64,000 nt of DNA from Bacteroidota bacterium (GCA_048498995.1 JBEHWX010000015.1:617-64616); one strand, 5' to 3'. Positions 9,394-19,774 are shown, counted from the stretch's first letter. The notes: generated by a model not told the origin, from the letters alone. A program made the numbers and translations.

Positions 9394-10536
9394 TCAGGCG
9401 CCGAGCGCCTGCTCGATGTCGGCGATCAGATCGGCCACATCCTCGATGCCGACCGAGAAGCGGACCAGTCCGTCGGTGATCCCGAGACGCTGGCGCGTCT
9501 CCGGCGGCACCGAGCCGTGCGTCATCGAGACCGGATGGCAGAGCAGCGACTCCACCCCGCCGAGCGACTCGGCGAAGGCGAAGACCTTCACCGCCGCGCA
9601 GAAGCGTCCGGCGCGCTCGAGTGAGCCGAGATCGGCGGAGATCATCCCGCCGAAGCCCCGCATCTGGCGGCGCGCCAGCTCATGCTGCGGAAAGTCCGCG
9701 AGCCCCGGATACCAGACCGAGGAGAACTCCGGGCGCCCCTTCAGGTAGGTGGCCACTTCCATAGCGTTGGCGCAGTGCCGGTCCATTCTGACCGAGAGGG
9801 TCTTCAGCGAGCGGAGCGTCAGGTAGCAGTCCTGCGGGCCGGGGACCGCGCCGCAGGCGTTCTGCGTAAAGGCCAGACGGTCGGCGATCTCGTCGTCGCC
9901 GGTCACCACCAGGCCACCGATCAGGTCGCTGTGTCCGCCGATATACTTGGTCGAGGAGTGGACCACGATCGTGGCGCCGAGCGCGAGCGGGTTCTGCAGA
10001 TAGGGGCTCATGAACGTGTTGTCCACCACGAGCATCACGCCGGCGCCGCGCGCCACATCGGCGATGGCCGCCAGGTCGCAGAGGCGCATCATCGGGTTGG
10101 TCGGCGTCTCGGCGTAGATCATCCGCGTGCGATCGGTGACGGCCGCGGCGATGTTCCCCGGATCGCGCAGGTCGACGTAGGTGAACTCGTAGCCGTAGCG
10201 GCGGAGCACCTTGTCGAACAGACGGAAGGAGCCGCCGTACATGTCGTCACCGGCGATCACGTGGTCGCCCGGCGAAAGGAGGCGCATCACCGCGTCGATC
10301 GCGGCCAGGCCGCTGGCGAAGGCGAAGCCCCGCGTTCCCCCCTCCAGCTCCGCGATGCAGCGTTCGAGCGCCATGCGGGTCGGGTTCTGGGTACGGGCAT
10401 ACTCGAATCCCTTGTGCTGTCCGATCCCCTGCTGCGCGTAGGTGGAGGTCTGGAAGATCGGCACGTTCACCGCGCCGGTCACTTCCTCCGGCTCCTGCCC
10501 CGCGTGAATCGCCTTCGTCGAAAATCCGTGTGCCAT
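9394..10536 (-). CDS. PLP-dependent cystathionine gamma-synthase / O-succinylhomoserine sulfhydrylase family enzyme
   Basis: Cys/Met-metabolism PLP family motifs: FSTKAIHAGQ, VPIFQTSTY, YARTQNPT, VHSSTKYIGGHSDLIGG. Start taken at MAHGFS; the ORF allows an 18-aa longer form. Confidence 0.85.
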   Translation of the reverse strand: MAHGFSTKAIHAGQEPEEVTGAVNVPIFQTSTYAQQGIGQHKGFEYARTQNPTRMALERCIAELEGGTRGFAFASGLAAIDAVMRLLSPGDHVIAGDDMYGGSFRLFDKVLRRYGYEFTYVDLRDPGNIAAAVTDRTRMIYAETPTNPMMRLCDLAAIADVARGAGVMLVVDNTFMSPYLQNPLALGATIVVHSSTKYIGGHSDLIGGLVVTGDDEIADRLAFTQNACGAVPGPQDCYLTLRSLKTLSVRMDRHCANAMEVATYLKGRPEFSSVWYPGLADFPQHELARRQMRGFGGMISADLGSLERAGRFCAAVKVFAFAESLGGVESLLCHPVSMTHGSVPPETRQRLGITDGLVRFSVGIEDVADLIADIEQALGA

Positions 10537-10616
10537 GAGATGCTCTCGATTGATGTCGATGTTCGTTCGGTTCGATTCTCCCCGGATCACGCTCCGGACC
10601 TCCGGAGGTCGGGAGC

Positions 10617-11897
10617 TCAGGCCCCCGTCTCCTTCACGATCTGGGTGATATGGGCCTGCGCCTCGTCCAGCGCCTGCTGGGCGCTCTTCTTTCCGAGCAG
10701 CGCCTGCGAGACCTCATCCTCGATCACCTGCTCGATATCTAGCCAGCGCGGGTGCACCGGCGTCATCCGCGCGGTCTTGAGCTGCTCGGTGAAGACGCGT
10801 CGGATCGGGCTCTGGAGAAACGGATCGTTCTCGGCCGAAAGATCGGCCGGCGTCATCCCGCCGGGGAGCGCCTTGCAGAAGGCGAGCGCCTGCTCCGGCG
10901 AGGAGAGGAATTCCACGAGCTTCCGCGCGGCCTCCTTGTTCTCCGAGCCGCCGTTGATCGCCAGATATTCCCCGCCGGCGAACGAGACCCGGGAGCCGCC
11001 GGCGAACGTCGGGAGCACGGAGATCCCGTAATGGAGCGTGGGATTGTCCTTGGCGATCCGGTCGACGAGCCAGGAGCCGGAGATCCAGTAGCCGACCTTT
11101 CCCTGCATGAACGACTGGTCGAGCTGCTTCTGCATGTCGATCCCGCCGGCCTTGGCCAGATCGAGATACATCTGCAGCGCCGCCACGTTGGCCGGCGAGT
11201 TCACCACCGGCATGCCGGAGGGGTCGAGCAGGCTTCCGCCGTTCGACCAGAAGAACGGGAGTATCTTCTTGTAGAGCCTGTGCTGATCCGGGCCGTTGGC
11301 GCCGAAGCCGAGCGAGCCGGGAGCGGCGGCCATGATCTTCCGCGACTTGTCGAGCACGTCGCTCCAGAGAGAGTCGGTCGCCGATGTGTCGGCGCCGGCG
11401 CGGGCCAGCAGATCCTTGTTGTAGAAGAGGACGCGCGTGTCGACCACCCAGGGCCAGGCGTAGACCTTCTCCTGCCACATGCCGGGAGCGGCGATCTCCT
11501 TGGAGAACCGGGAGACCCGGTCGGCGCCCATCGCCGACTGATCGGCGAGGCGGCCGGCGGCGCTGAACTGCGCGATCCAGTCGCTGCCGAGCTCGAGCAG
11601 ATCGGGCGCGGTGTTGGAGTTGAACGCGGCGAAGAGCTTGGTCTTGCCGTCGTTCCAGCTCAGCTCGGAGAGCTCGACGTGGATGTTCGGGTTCTTCGCT
11701 TCGAACGCCTTGATCCGATCCATCAGCGCGGCCTTCTGGGCCGGCTCGGACCAGAAATGCCAGAAGGTGATCGTGGTCTTCCCGTTGGTTGAGGCCCCCT
11801 CACCCTTGCCGGCGCAGCCGGCGATGAAGAGCGCGACGAGGGAAAGAAGCATCATCGCGCCGATGGCGCGCGACGCACGGTCGAGCAGACGAGTCAT
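10617..11897 (-). CDS. ABC transporter substrate-binding lipoprotein (carbohydrate uptake family)
   Basis: Lipobox LVALFIAGCAG, then ITFWHFWSEP...WNDGKTKL...YAWPWVVDTRVLFYNKDLL, typical of family-1 sugar SBPs. Confidence 0.8.
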   Translation of the reverse strand: MTRLLDRASRAIGAMMLLSLVALFIAGCAGKGEGASTNGKTTITFWHFWSEPAQKAALMDRIKAFEAKNPNIHVELSELSWNDGKTKLFAAFNSNTAPDLLELGSDWIAQFSAAGRLADQSAMGADRVSRFSKEIAAPGMWQEKVYAWPWVVDTRVLFYNKDLLARAGADTSATDSLWSDVLDKSRKIMAAAPGSLGFGANGPDQHRLYKKILPFFWSNGGSLLDPSGMPVVNSPANVAALQMYLDLAKAGGIDMQKQLDQSFMQGKVGYWISGSWLVDRIAKDNPTLHYGISVLPTFAGGSRVSFAGGEYLAINGGSENKEAARKLVEFLSSPEQALAFCKALPGGMTPADLSAENDPFLQSPIRRVFTEQLKTARMTPVHPRWLDIEQVIEDEVSQALLGKKSAQQALDEAQAHITQIVKETGA

Positions 11898-11909
11898 GGA
11901 TCGAAAGGG

Positions 11910-12506
11910 TTAGCGTTTGATCGTGACGAAGAGCGCGATGAGCGTGCCGAGCACCAGCGCGACGTCCCGGATGATGCCGAGCACTTCCCTGAACACGTTG
12001 AGCGCGTCGCCGGGAACGATGATCGTGTCGTTCGGATAGAGGATCGGATTCAGACTCGGATCGCCCGACTTCTGATATTCCTCGAGATTGAGAATCACCA
12101 CCGGCTCGACGATCGTGCTGTCGATGGTCAGGTCGTGCAGGATCCGGATATCGCTCAGCCGCGCGCGGTCGGTGGGACCGCCGGCGAAGGAGATCATCTG
12201 GATCAGCTTGGTCGAGCTCGGCACGCGGTACTTCCCCGGCGAGGCGACGAAGCCCCAGACATTGATGTCGATCGGGAGCGTGCTTCCGGTGGTATAATCG
12301 TAGTAGGAGCCGTTCACGTTGCCGCGCGCGGTGCCGCCGGCCGAGTTCGGAACGTTCGGAGCGCTCCCTCCACCGCCGTTGCCCCCACCTCCCCCACCGT
12401 CGTTGAACTGAGCCGACGCCCCGCTTCCCCCCAGCAGCAGCGCGATCGTTACGACGAGCGCGAGGGGCGCGACGCCCCGGATGAATCGAGTGATCATGCC
12501 TTTCAT
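11910..12506 (-). CDS. Small secreted SLBB-domain protein (polysaccharide-export / Wza-like soluble ligand-binding fold)
   Basis: Start MKGMITRF... lies at 12506..12504 inside a longer spurious ORF. Signal peptide, a Gly-rich linker, then LIQMISFAGGPTDRARLSDIRILH, an SLBB-like segment. The start ATG overlaps the upstream stop (ATGA). Confidence 0.55.
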   Translation of the reverse strand: MKGMITRFIRGVAPLALVVTIALLLGGSGASAQFNDGGGGGGNGGGGSAPNVPNSAGGTARGNVNGSYYDYTTGSTLPIDINVWGFVASPGKYRVPSSTKLIQMISFAGGPTDRARLSDIRILHDLTIDSTIVEPVVILNLEEYQKSGDPSLNPILYPNDTIIVPGDALNVFREVLGIIRDVALVLGTLIALFVTIKR

Positions 12507-13303
12507 TTGACGCTGAATGTGACCCACCGAGACGCGTTGGCCTGCGGGGTTCCCTGAATGATTCTGTCGACGCGCCACCGGTAGCGCTTGCCGGCCGCGA
12601 GCGCCGGCCCGCCGTACTGCACGTGCGGATCGGAGAAGTCGTCCACCTGCCCGACGTATCGCCACACGCTGTCGACCGTTACCGTCTCGTTCTCCGGCAG
12701 CACTTCGTCCAGGCGGAGCGCCACCATGCCGGGCGAGGAAAACCCGAAGCGGAGCGGCGTGGCGCCGAGCGTGATATCCCCGATCGGCATGCTCGGCACC
12801 GGACGATCGAGCAGCGTGAAGGAGACCGTGTCGGAGCGATCGCTCTCGAGCGAGGCGTCCGACTTGGAATAGGCCGAGACCTGATAGGAATAGCGGATCC
12901 CCTGGCGCACGTCGCCGTCGGCGTAGATGGTATCCCCACCCGGCGCGCCGCCGGTGATCGTGGCGATCCGTCGGAAGTTCAGCGGCGCGCCGTTGACGTC
13001 CGAGGTATCGGAGCGATAGAGATAGTAGCCGCCGAGCCGCGCCCCCTCGAGCTTGGCGTTGTCCACCTGATGCCATTCGACGATGATCCTCCCGGAGGAG
13101 CTCGACGTCGGATCCGGGGCATCCGGATCGGGGCGGATGCCGGTGTCGGAGAAATGATCGCCGGAGAACGGGACCATGCTGGTGCCCGGCGGCTTCGGCT
13201 GCGGGCTGGTCGAGCTGCACCCGGCCACGACGAGCGCGGCAAGCGATCCGGCGAGCGCCGATCGCGTCACGAGTGGTCTCCGTCGGATCGCGGTGCTCCT
13301 CAT
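12503..13303 (-). CDS. Hypothetical lipoprotein, Ser-rich linker + beta-sandwich-like domain
   Basis: Lipobox LAALVVAGCSS; no recognisable catalytic motifs. Its ATG overlaps the porV-like stop (ATGA), so it is in the same transcription unit as porU/porV. Confidence 0.6.
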   Translation of the reverse strand: MRSTAIRRRPLVTRSALAGSLAALVVAGCSSTSPQPKPPGTSMVPFSGDHFSDTGIRPDPDAPDPTSSSSGRIIVEWHQVDNAKLEGARLGGYYLYRSDTSDVNGAPLNFRRIATITGGAPGGDTIYADGDVRQGIRYSYQVSAYSKSDASLESDRSDTVSFTLLDRPVPSMPIGDITLGATPLRFGFSSPGMVALRLDEVLPENETVTVDSVWRYVGQVDDFSDPHVQYGGPALAAGKRYRWRVDRIIQGTPQANASRWVTFSVK

Positions 13304-14412
13304 TTCGTGCTCAGAAGCTTGTCGAAGTTGAACGCCAGCCCGAGGCGATGCACGCCGCCGAGCTGGGTCGCCGAATAGCCGAGATAGGCGTAGTCGACGT
13401 CGAAGAAATTGAAGTCCACGCCGGCGCCGACCGTCAGCGCGTTGCGCTGCATGCCGACACGGAAGCTGAACTGCTTCTTGTACTGCACGTCGAGCCCGAC
13501 CCGCCCCGGCTCATCCTCCCGGCTGTCGAAGTCGTAGGCCACGGTGGCGCGGCTGTCGATGAACTTCAGCGGCTGGATCAGCGCGAAGCCGTAGTTCGTG
13601 GTTCCGGCGATCTCCTCCACCCGCTGCGTCTTGTTCCAGGTCATCCTCGTGCCGCCGATATCCTTCAGCGTCATGCCGAAGGAGAAGGTGGGCCAGTCGT
13701 CGGAGAAGAAGAGATCCTTCAGGTTGAGCCGGAACATCGCGCCGGCATCGATGCCGATGGCCGAGGCGTCGGCGTCGTAGAGCGACTGCCGGAGCAGCTT
13801 CAGGTTGACGCCGACCGGGATCTCGACCGGGATCGAGAAGTAGCTCCAGCCGAGGCTCAGGTCGATCTTGTTGTTGCGCGCGAAGCTGAAGACGAACGCG
13901 TCCTCGGTGTCGGAGAAGGTCTCTCCATCCTCCGCGGACTTCACCACGTTCTCGTAGCGCTTCTGGACGGAGGTCTCCTGCGTCAGATCGGGACGCGCGG
14001 GGATGTCGCTGACGGCGAAGCGGATCCAGTTGACCGAGACGTTGATCACGCGGACCGGCATCGACCAGCCCGCAAAATAGTAGCTCGCCAGGGGGGAACC
14101 TATCGAGCCGTACTGCGAGGAGTACATGCCGGAGAGGAGCTTCTTCTCCACCAGCGAGACGCCGGAAGGGTTCCAGTAGAACGCCGTTCCATCATCGGCC
14201 AGCGCGGTGAAGGCTCCGCCGAGCCCGAGCGCCTTCCCTCCGAGCGGAATGTCAAGGAATGAGCCGGCGTAGCGGTCGGTCGTCTGCGCCGAGGCGGGCG
14301 CGGCCGCCATCAGCAGCGCGGCGATACCCGCGAGTGCGCGGCGGGGACCGCCGGCCGCGGCACCGATGCGCCCCCGACGGAGGCGAAAAGCCGATCTCAT
14401 CGTCGTGCGCAT
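13300..14412 (-). CDS. porV: T9SS outer-membrane beta-barrel protein, PorV/LptO-like
   Basis: Signal peptide, ~370 aa with alternating hydrophobic beta-strand pattern, C-terminal aromatic ...LGLAFNFDKLLSTK. Immediately downstream of the C25-peptidase PorU-like gene, matching the conserved porU-porV pairing. Confidence 0.6.
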   Translation of the reverse strand: MRTTMRSAFRLRRGRIGAAAGGPRRALAGIAALLMAAAPASAQTTDRYAGSFLDIPLGGKALGLGGAFTALADDGTAFYWNPSGVSLVEKKLLSGMYSSQYGSIGSPLASYYFAGWSMPVRVINVSVNWIRFAVSDIPARPDLTQETSVQKRYENVVKSAEDGETFSDTEDAFVFSFARNNKIDLSLGWSYFSIPVEIPVGVNLKLLRQSLYDADASAIGIDAGAMFRLNLKDLFFSDDWPTFSFGMTLKDIGGTRMTWNKTQRVEEIAGTTNYGFALIQPLKFIDSRATVAYDFDSREDEPGRVGLDVQYKKQFSFRVGMQRNALTVGAGVDFNFFDVDYAYLGYSATQLGGVHRLGLAFNFDKLLSTK

Positions 14413-14413
14413 C

Positions 14414-17400
14414 TCAACGAATCCTCGCAATGGTTCCTGTCTGCTCCACCACGTCATCCTTCTGACGCACGCGCAGCTTGTAGAAATACACGCCGTTGGC
14501 CACCGGATATCCCTCCTCGTCGGTGCCGTCCCACCACGCCTCGTGGTAGCCGAGCGAGGTCGGCTGCCCGGTTCCCCCCTTCATGAAGGAGGCTTCCTCG
14601 GTCGGGACCGTGCTCGGCGAGCGGAACGTCCGGATCAGCTTGCCGGAAGTGGTGTAGAACTTCAGCTCCACCTCGTCGACCACGCTGGCGCCGCGGATCT
14701 CGTAGGCGAGGAAGGTCTCCCCCTCGAACGGGTTCGGGTAATTGCCGTAGATGCGGACGTTCAGTCCGGTCTCCACCTCGAAGCTCGTGCAGGCACGTCC
14801 GATGTTGCCGAGTCGGTCGGTCAGCTGCGCGCAGAGCTGATGCTTGCCGGCCGACAGATCCGGCTCGACCCGGATATTCATCGTCGTCGGCGTGACCGTC
14901 GAATCGATCACCACGAAATCCTGGTTCGCCTTCAGCACCCGCCCGTCGAGCGTGAGCGAGATCTTGTCGAGATCGGTCGTCACGCCGGAGGGATCGTTGA
15001 CCACGAGGCTGAAGCGCGGCTTCGGCGGCACCACCGTTCCATCGTTGTAGAACTGTCCGTCCACCGAGAACTTGATCTGCGGCCCCTCGTGATCCACCAC
15101 CACCACCAGCGCATAGGTTCCGTCGATCGGCACCGTGGCGCTCACCTCGTTGGAATCGGAGGATCGGGTGCTCTCGCGGAGCGACCAGAGACGGGTGGTC
15201 CGGTCGTAGCGGACGATCCCGAGCTGGCTCGAGAAGAGCGTGTCGCTCCGGTCGACGTGAAAGGCGAGCGTGCCGGTCACCTCGCGGTTCTCCGGGCGAT
15301 CGGCCTCCAGCGTCAGCGCCGTGGCGCCGACGGAGCCATCTCCCAGGCGGAGGAATGTCCAGCGCTGTTCGGTCGGCGGCAGCACCGGCTCGGCCGCGGC
15401 GGTCACCACGCCGGCCGTCGGGGCCGAGGTGATCGAGAAGGTGCCGATGCCCCGGATCGTGAAGAGGGGCGAGCCGGAGGGATCGCCCACGATTCCCCCA
15501 CCCTGCGTGAACGCGCCGGCCGCGAGCGAGGTGATGTTGAATGCCTTGTTGTTCGTCGGCAGAACGTCCTGCCACAGATCCCCGCTCTTCGGCGCGAGCT
15601 CCAGGCGGACCGTGCGGCGCACCGGAAGCTGCGAGGGAATGGCGTGGGTCACCACGAGCGAGTCGTGCGCCGGAAGATCAACGGTTCCGCTGGCGAGCGT
15701 GACGCTCGCCCCGGCGCTGTCGAGATAGAAGATCGAATAGGGAACGCCCTGCGCGGCGCGATCTCCCCAGTTGTAGATCGTGGCCGAAAGCCTGGCGCCG
15801 TCGGCGGCCGCCCGCATGCCGATCGTCTCGTTGGTCAGGGTCTCCATCGCTTCGGACGGCTGGCCGTAGCTCTCCCCCGTCGAGTCGATCGCGGAGATGC
15901 GCCGGGCCGCGGGCTCCGCGCCGCCGGGAACGTAGAAGACGAAGGTCGAGTCGCCGGTGGCGAGCGTCGCGGCCGGCACCACCACGGTGATGCGCGCGCC
16001 GGGCTGGATATCCGCGCCTGCGACCGGCGTCGTGGTCCGGTAGGTGCCGGGGCCGGTCTTGGCCACCGGGAAGCTTCGCTTGGTGTAGACCGCCGAGCCG
16101 GGATGCTCCAGCGAGATCAGCACGTGATCGATGTCCACGTCGCGCGCCGAGGTGATGTCGAACGTGGCATCCTGGCCGACGCCGAGCGTCCCGACCGGAC
16201 GGACGCCGACGATCGAGGCGCTGGCCAGCGGATAGCGGAGGCTGCCGGTGGCGGTCCGCCCGGTGGCGTCGGAGGCATAGAGGCGAATGCCGACGTAGCT
16301 CTGCGCGTAGCCGGCCGGCACCTGGCGCGACACGTTGATCGTGCCGTTGCCGCCGAGCTCCACGCGCGTGCCGGGAATCGCCGTCTCGGTCGTGTCGACG
16401 AGCGTGGCGATCACCTTCGTCGCCGCGAACGGCAGCGTGGCGCGCAGCGAGACAGTTCCCCCCGGCGTCGCCGTGGTGGCGCCATCGAACGAGGTCGCGA
16501 TGCTCTCCTGCGTGATCGGCACGCGCACCGACGGATCGCCGAAGATGCTGTACATCGCCGCGAGCGTCGGCACGTTGTCCTCGAAGCGGGACTGGTAGTT
16601 GCCGATGTACTTGGCCTTGCCGAGCGCGACGAGCTCGCCGAAGCTGAGGCCGCGGTAGCGCGGATTGTTCAGGACCGAGAAGAATGATTCGGCCAGATAG
16701 GTGTTGTTCAGCAGCCACCCGAAGCCGGGGGTGCCGAGTCCGACGATGGCGCCGCCGCGCGGCTGCACCATGAACGCCGAGAGGAGCCCCTTGTCCGGCG
16801 TGTAGGTGCCGGTAAAGCAGGTGAGGCTCAGGATGGCCGGCATCCGGTTCTCGTTCTTCACCTTGTAGACAGTGCTGGCCGAGACCACGAGCGCGTCCTC
16901 CCACTGCCCGCCGCCGCCATGGCCGAGGTAGGTGACCATGCCGGAGCCCTGATCGTTCATCAGCGGCAGCAGGCGCCCCGGGTCGCCGTAGGCGCCGCTC
17001 ATGAACTCCGGCCCCGTCAGAATGCGGAACGGCTCGGAGGTGTAGCGGAACTCCTCCTCGACGAAACGGTTGATCTGGCTGGCGAACTCGATGTTGAATC
17101 CGGCGATGAACGTGGTCCGGTTGCGCCACTCGCCGAGATCGTTGGCCCGCTCCTGATTGATCAGCTTGCTCACGTAGTCGGAGATCTGCGAGAGCGACCG
17201 CACCGGCACGCGGCCGACGATCACCTCCGGGAAGAAGTCCGGGATCACCCGCTTGACCGCTCCCTCGGCCGAGTTCTGCCGCACCACCGCGTCGCCGTCG
17301 AAGCAGCCGAGCAGGTAGTCGCACTGCGTGGGACCGTAGTCCACGGTCTGGAACATGATCGTCGGAACGTACGCGTGCTCCTTGTAGTAGTCGGAGCCGA

Positions 17401-19774
17401 CCTCAGGCACCACCCCGGAGGCGAAGATCAGCGCGTACTTCGGCGCGCGCCGCCAGTTGTGGGCCGCGTAGCGGAAGAACTCCCGGATGGCCCACGGCGA
17501 GACCGCGCCGCCGCTGAACTCGTCGTAGATGTCGCCGACGCGCACGATCCGAACGCGCTCGCCCCGCTCCTCGCGGAACCGGGCGAACCTGTTGAGCGGA
17601 TGCTCCGGATCATTGAGCGTGGACAGCTTCGCGGTCGAATCGTCGACGATGACGATGTAGGAGAAATCGTTGTCCGGCGAGCGCAGACCCACGGCGCGAT
17701 CGCGGAGCATGAGCGGCCGCTGGATCTGCGACTCGGTCACCGCGGTGAAGTGCTCCTTGTCGGAGGCGACATAGAGCTGGAACTGCGCGGTGTACGTGCT
17801 TTCGGTCGCGGTATCCTTCCCCGGCTCGGTGATCCGCTGGAGCGCGAAGTTGATCACGCGCGAGATCCCGTCGCGGTAGATCCGGATGTTCTGCGAGTTG
17901 AAGTCGCGGACGCTGAAGGTGACGTAGCTGGGACCGAGTCCGGGCGGGGCCGTGAAGTCGAGACGGTTGTTCCGGGCTACGTAGTAGCGCTGGTAGGTCA
18001 GGTCGAACCAGTTGACGAAGAAGCGCTCCTTGTACTCGGAGGTGTCCGGCCCGACGTTGACGAAGTTGATCGTCGCGTCCCCCTTGGGATCGAGATTCGC
18101 GCTGGTGACGCGGTGAACCTTCGCCGAATCGGTCGCCACGATCAGCTTGGCCTGCCCGACGAAGCTGGTGTCGAAGGCGAGCTGGTTCTGGATGTAGACG
18201 CCGAAGGTATGCCGCGCCCGGAGCGCCTGCTCGCGGAAGAGTCCGGAGGGAGAGGCGCCGCGCAGGGCCGCGACCATCCTCACCGGCTCGCTCCGGAGGA
18301 CGTTCGGATTGGGGAGCTCGATCTGGAAGGTGGCGATCCCCTTGGCCGGCACCGAGCTCCACATGTAGTTGTCGAACAGATCGCTGTAGCTGTTGAGCTC
18401 GACGTTGTTCAGCTCGGCCGTCCCCGGCCCCACCAGATCCTGTTCGAAGTGGATCGTGGAGGGGAACGACGAATTCCGGTTGGTCAGATCGATCACCCGC
18501 CTCGGATCGGTGACTCTGACGTCGCCGCTCTCGTCGACGATCCGTTTGCCGAGCCCTCCTCCCCAGGTCAGATAGAAGGTCGAGTAGCGGGTGTAGGGAT
18601 CGAAGTAGAGATCGCTCTTGGAGCTGCCGCTCGGCGTGGCGCCGTTGGCGGTCGCGCCGCTGTCGGCGCGCTTGCGCTGGCCGAAGAACTCGAAGTATTC
18701 CTCGTTGAGCGTGTCCTCGTCCAGATGCGCGTCGCCGCGATCGTAGAGGTAGATCGGCACCTCGATGCCGTTCCGGTAGAGCTTCAGCGTCCGCGCGTCG
18801 ATGGAGCCGACCGGCAGGCCGAGCGCCGCCAGATCGCGGACCCGGACGCGGTAGATCCCGTCCTGATCCGTGTAGAATTTGTAGCGGAAGCCGTCCGGCG
18901 CCACGGTCGGATCTACCGGCGCGGCCGACATCAGCGCGCTCCCCTCCTTTCTGACGCGTCCGGCGTCGGCGAACGCCGAGGCGATGCTCTCCACGCCGGC
19001 CGGATCGACGCGCGTCTCGCTCTCGACGCGGAGCACGATGCTCCGGGCCCAGAGGATCACCTTGCGGGCGGGATCGTAGCGATACGGGTGGATCAGCAGC
19101 GTGGAGATGGGATGATCGCCGACGAGGCCGCCGAAACGGACCTCGGCCCATTCGGCCGGATAGATCCCGGTCGGGCGGATCGCCGGAAGCTTCGCGAGGG
19201 CGGCGCTGTCGCGCGATTCGATGCCGGAGAGTGGAACGTCGGTGGTCGGACTGAAGGTCATCGACGGGGCGGCGATCTCGACGATATCGACCGATTCGAT
19301 AACGACGCGGGAGCCCTTGAGGGCCAGATCCTTGCTGAAGCCAGTCAGGTCGATGCCGGGAATCGCGTAGCGGTCGAGCCCCTCGGGAGTCGCCGGCGGA
19401 AGCGTGGCGCCCCCCGCGGTCCGTGGAGATGGAAAGGAATACTCGAGCCGGACGGCGCGATCGCCGACCGTGCTGACGCTGGCGACCAGGGATGCCCGCT
19501 GGGAAGCGCGACCATCGAATCCGCGCGACGTCGCGACATCCGTCGTCGTCGCGCCATCCGAGCGCTCGCCGGAGCGGCCGCCACGGACGGTCGAGGAGGC
19601 CGAAGCGCCCCCGGAGATGCCTGCGGCGCCGCCACGCGCCGTGGATCCGACGCTCTGCGCGCGGGCATCGCCGGCGGCAAGAGCGAAGAGCAACAGCGAA
19701 AGCGCCACCGGCCGGAAGAGCCAATGACGGGAAACGCGGGCGAACGATCTCGAACTCGACGGCTCGATCGGCAT
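14414..19774 (-). CDS. porU: T9SS C-terminal signal peptidase / sortase PorU-like (peptidase C25 family), giant form
   Basis: ~1786 aa with signal peptide. Gingipain-like catalytic blocks YLGHGGGGQWEDA (His) and LSLTCFTGTY (Cys). It has its own T9SS CTD ending GVYFYKLRVRQKDDVVEQTGTIARIR. Adjacent to the PorV-like gene. Confidence 0.7.
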   Translation of the reverse strand: MPIEPSSSRSFARVSRHWLFRPVALSLLLFALAAGDARAQSVGSTARGGAAGISGGASASSTVRGGRSGERSDGATTTDVATSRGFDGRASQRASLVASVSTVGDRAVRLEYSFPSPRTAGGATLPPATPEGLDRYAIPGIDLTGFSKDLALKGSRVVIESVDIVEIAAPSMTFSPTTDVPLSGIESRDSAALAKLPAIRPTGIYPAEWAEVRFGGLVGDHPISTLLIHPYRYDPARKVILWARSIVLRVESETRVDPAGVESIASAFADAGRVRKEGSALMSAAPVDPTVAPDGFRYKFYTDQDGIYRVRVRDLAALGLPVGSIDARTLKLYRNGIEVPIYLYDRGDAHLDEDTLNEEYFEFFGQRKRADSGATANGATPSGSSKSDLYFDPYTRYSTFYLTWGGGLGKRIVDESGDVRVTDPRRVIDLTNRNSSFPSTIHFEQDLVGPGTAELNNVELNSYSDLFDNYMWSSVPAKGIATFQIELPNPNVLRSEPVRMVAALRGASPSGLFREQALRARHTFGVYIQNQLAFDTSFVGQAKLIVATDSAKVHRVTSANLDPKGDATINFVNVGPDTSEYKERFFVNWFDLTYQRYYVARNNRLDFTAPPGLGPSYVTFSVRDFNSQNIRIYRDGISRVINFALQRITEPGKDTATESTYTAQFQLYVASDKEHFTAVTESQIQRPLMLRDRAVGLRSPDNDFSYIVIVDDSTAKLSTLNDPEHPLNRFARFREERGERVRIVRVGDIYDEFSGGAVSPWAIREFFRYAAHNWRRAPKYALIFASGVVPEVGSDYYKEHAYVPTIMFQTVDYGPTQCDYLLGCFDGDAVVRQNSAEGAVKRVIPDFFPEVIVGRVPVRSLSQISDYVSKLINQERANDLGEWRNRTTFIAGFNIEFASQINRFVEEEFRYTSEPFRILTGPEFMSGAYGDPGRLLPLMNDQGSGMVTYLGHGGGGQWEDALVVSASTVYKVKNENRMPAILSLTCFTGTYTPDKGLLSAFMVQPRGGAIVGLGTPGFGWLLNNTYLAESFFSVLNNPRYRGLSFGELVALGKAKYIGNYQSRFEDNVPTLAAMYSIFGDPSVRVPITQESIATSFDGATTATPGGTVSLRATLPFAATKVIATLVDTTETAIPGTRVELGGNGTINVSRQVPAGYAQSYVGIRLYASDATGRTATGSLRYPLASASIVGVRPVGTLGVGQDATFDITSARDVDIDHVLISLEHPGSAVYTKRSFPVAKTGPGTYRTTTPVAGADIQPGARITVVVPAATLATGDSTFVFYVPGGAEPAARRISAIDSTGESYGQPSEAMETLTNETIGMRAAADGARLSATIYNWGDRAAQGVPYSIFYLDSAGASVTLASGTVDLPAHDSLVVTHAIPSQLPVRRTVRLELAPKSGDLWQDVLPTNNKAFNITSLAAGAFTQGGGIVGDPSGSPLFTIRGIGTFSITSAPTAGVVTAAAEPVLPPTEQRWTFLRLGDGSVGATALTLEADRPENREVTGTLAFHVDRSDTLFSSQLGIVRYDRTTRLWSLRESTRSSDSNEVSATVPIDGTYALVVVVDHEGPQIKFSVDGQFYNDGTVVPPKPRFSLVVNDPSGVTTDLDKISLTLDGRVLKANQDFVVIDSTVTPTTMNIRVEPDLSAGKHQLCAQLTDRLGNIGRACTSFEVETGLNVRIYGNYPNPFEGETFLAYEIRGASVVDEVELKFYTTSGKLIRTFRSPSTVPTEEASFMKGGTGQPTSLGYHEAWWDGTDEEGYPVANGVYFYKLRVRQKDDVVEQTGTIARIR

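Noticed and set aside
14366-17324. Overlapping plus-strand (773 aa) and minus-strand (548 aa) ORFs inside porU
   Set aside because: They are alternative frames of the porU locus. Only the 1799-aa frame shows the signal peptide, C25 catalytic blocks and CTD.
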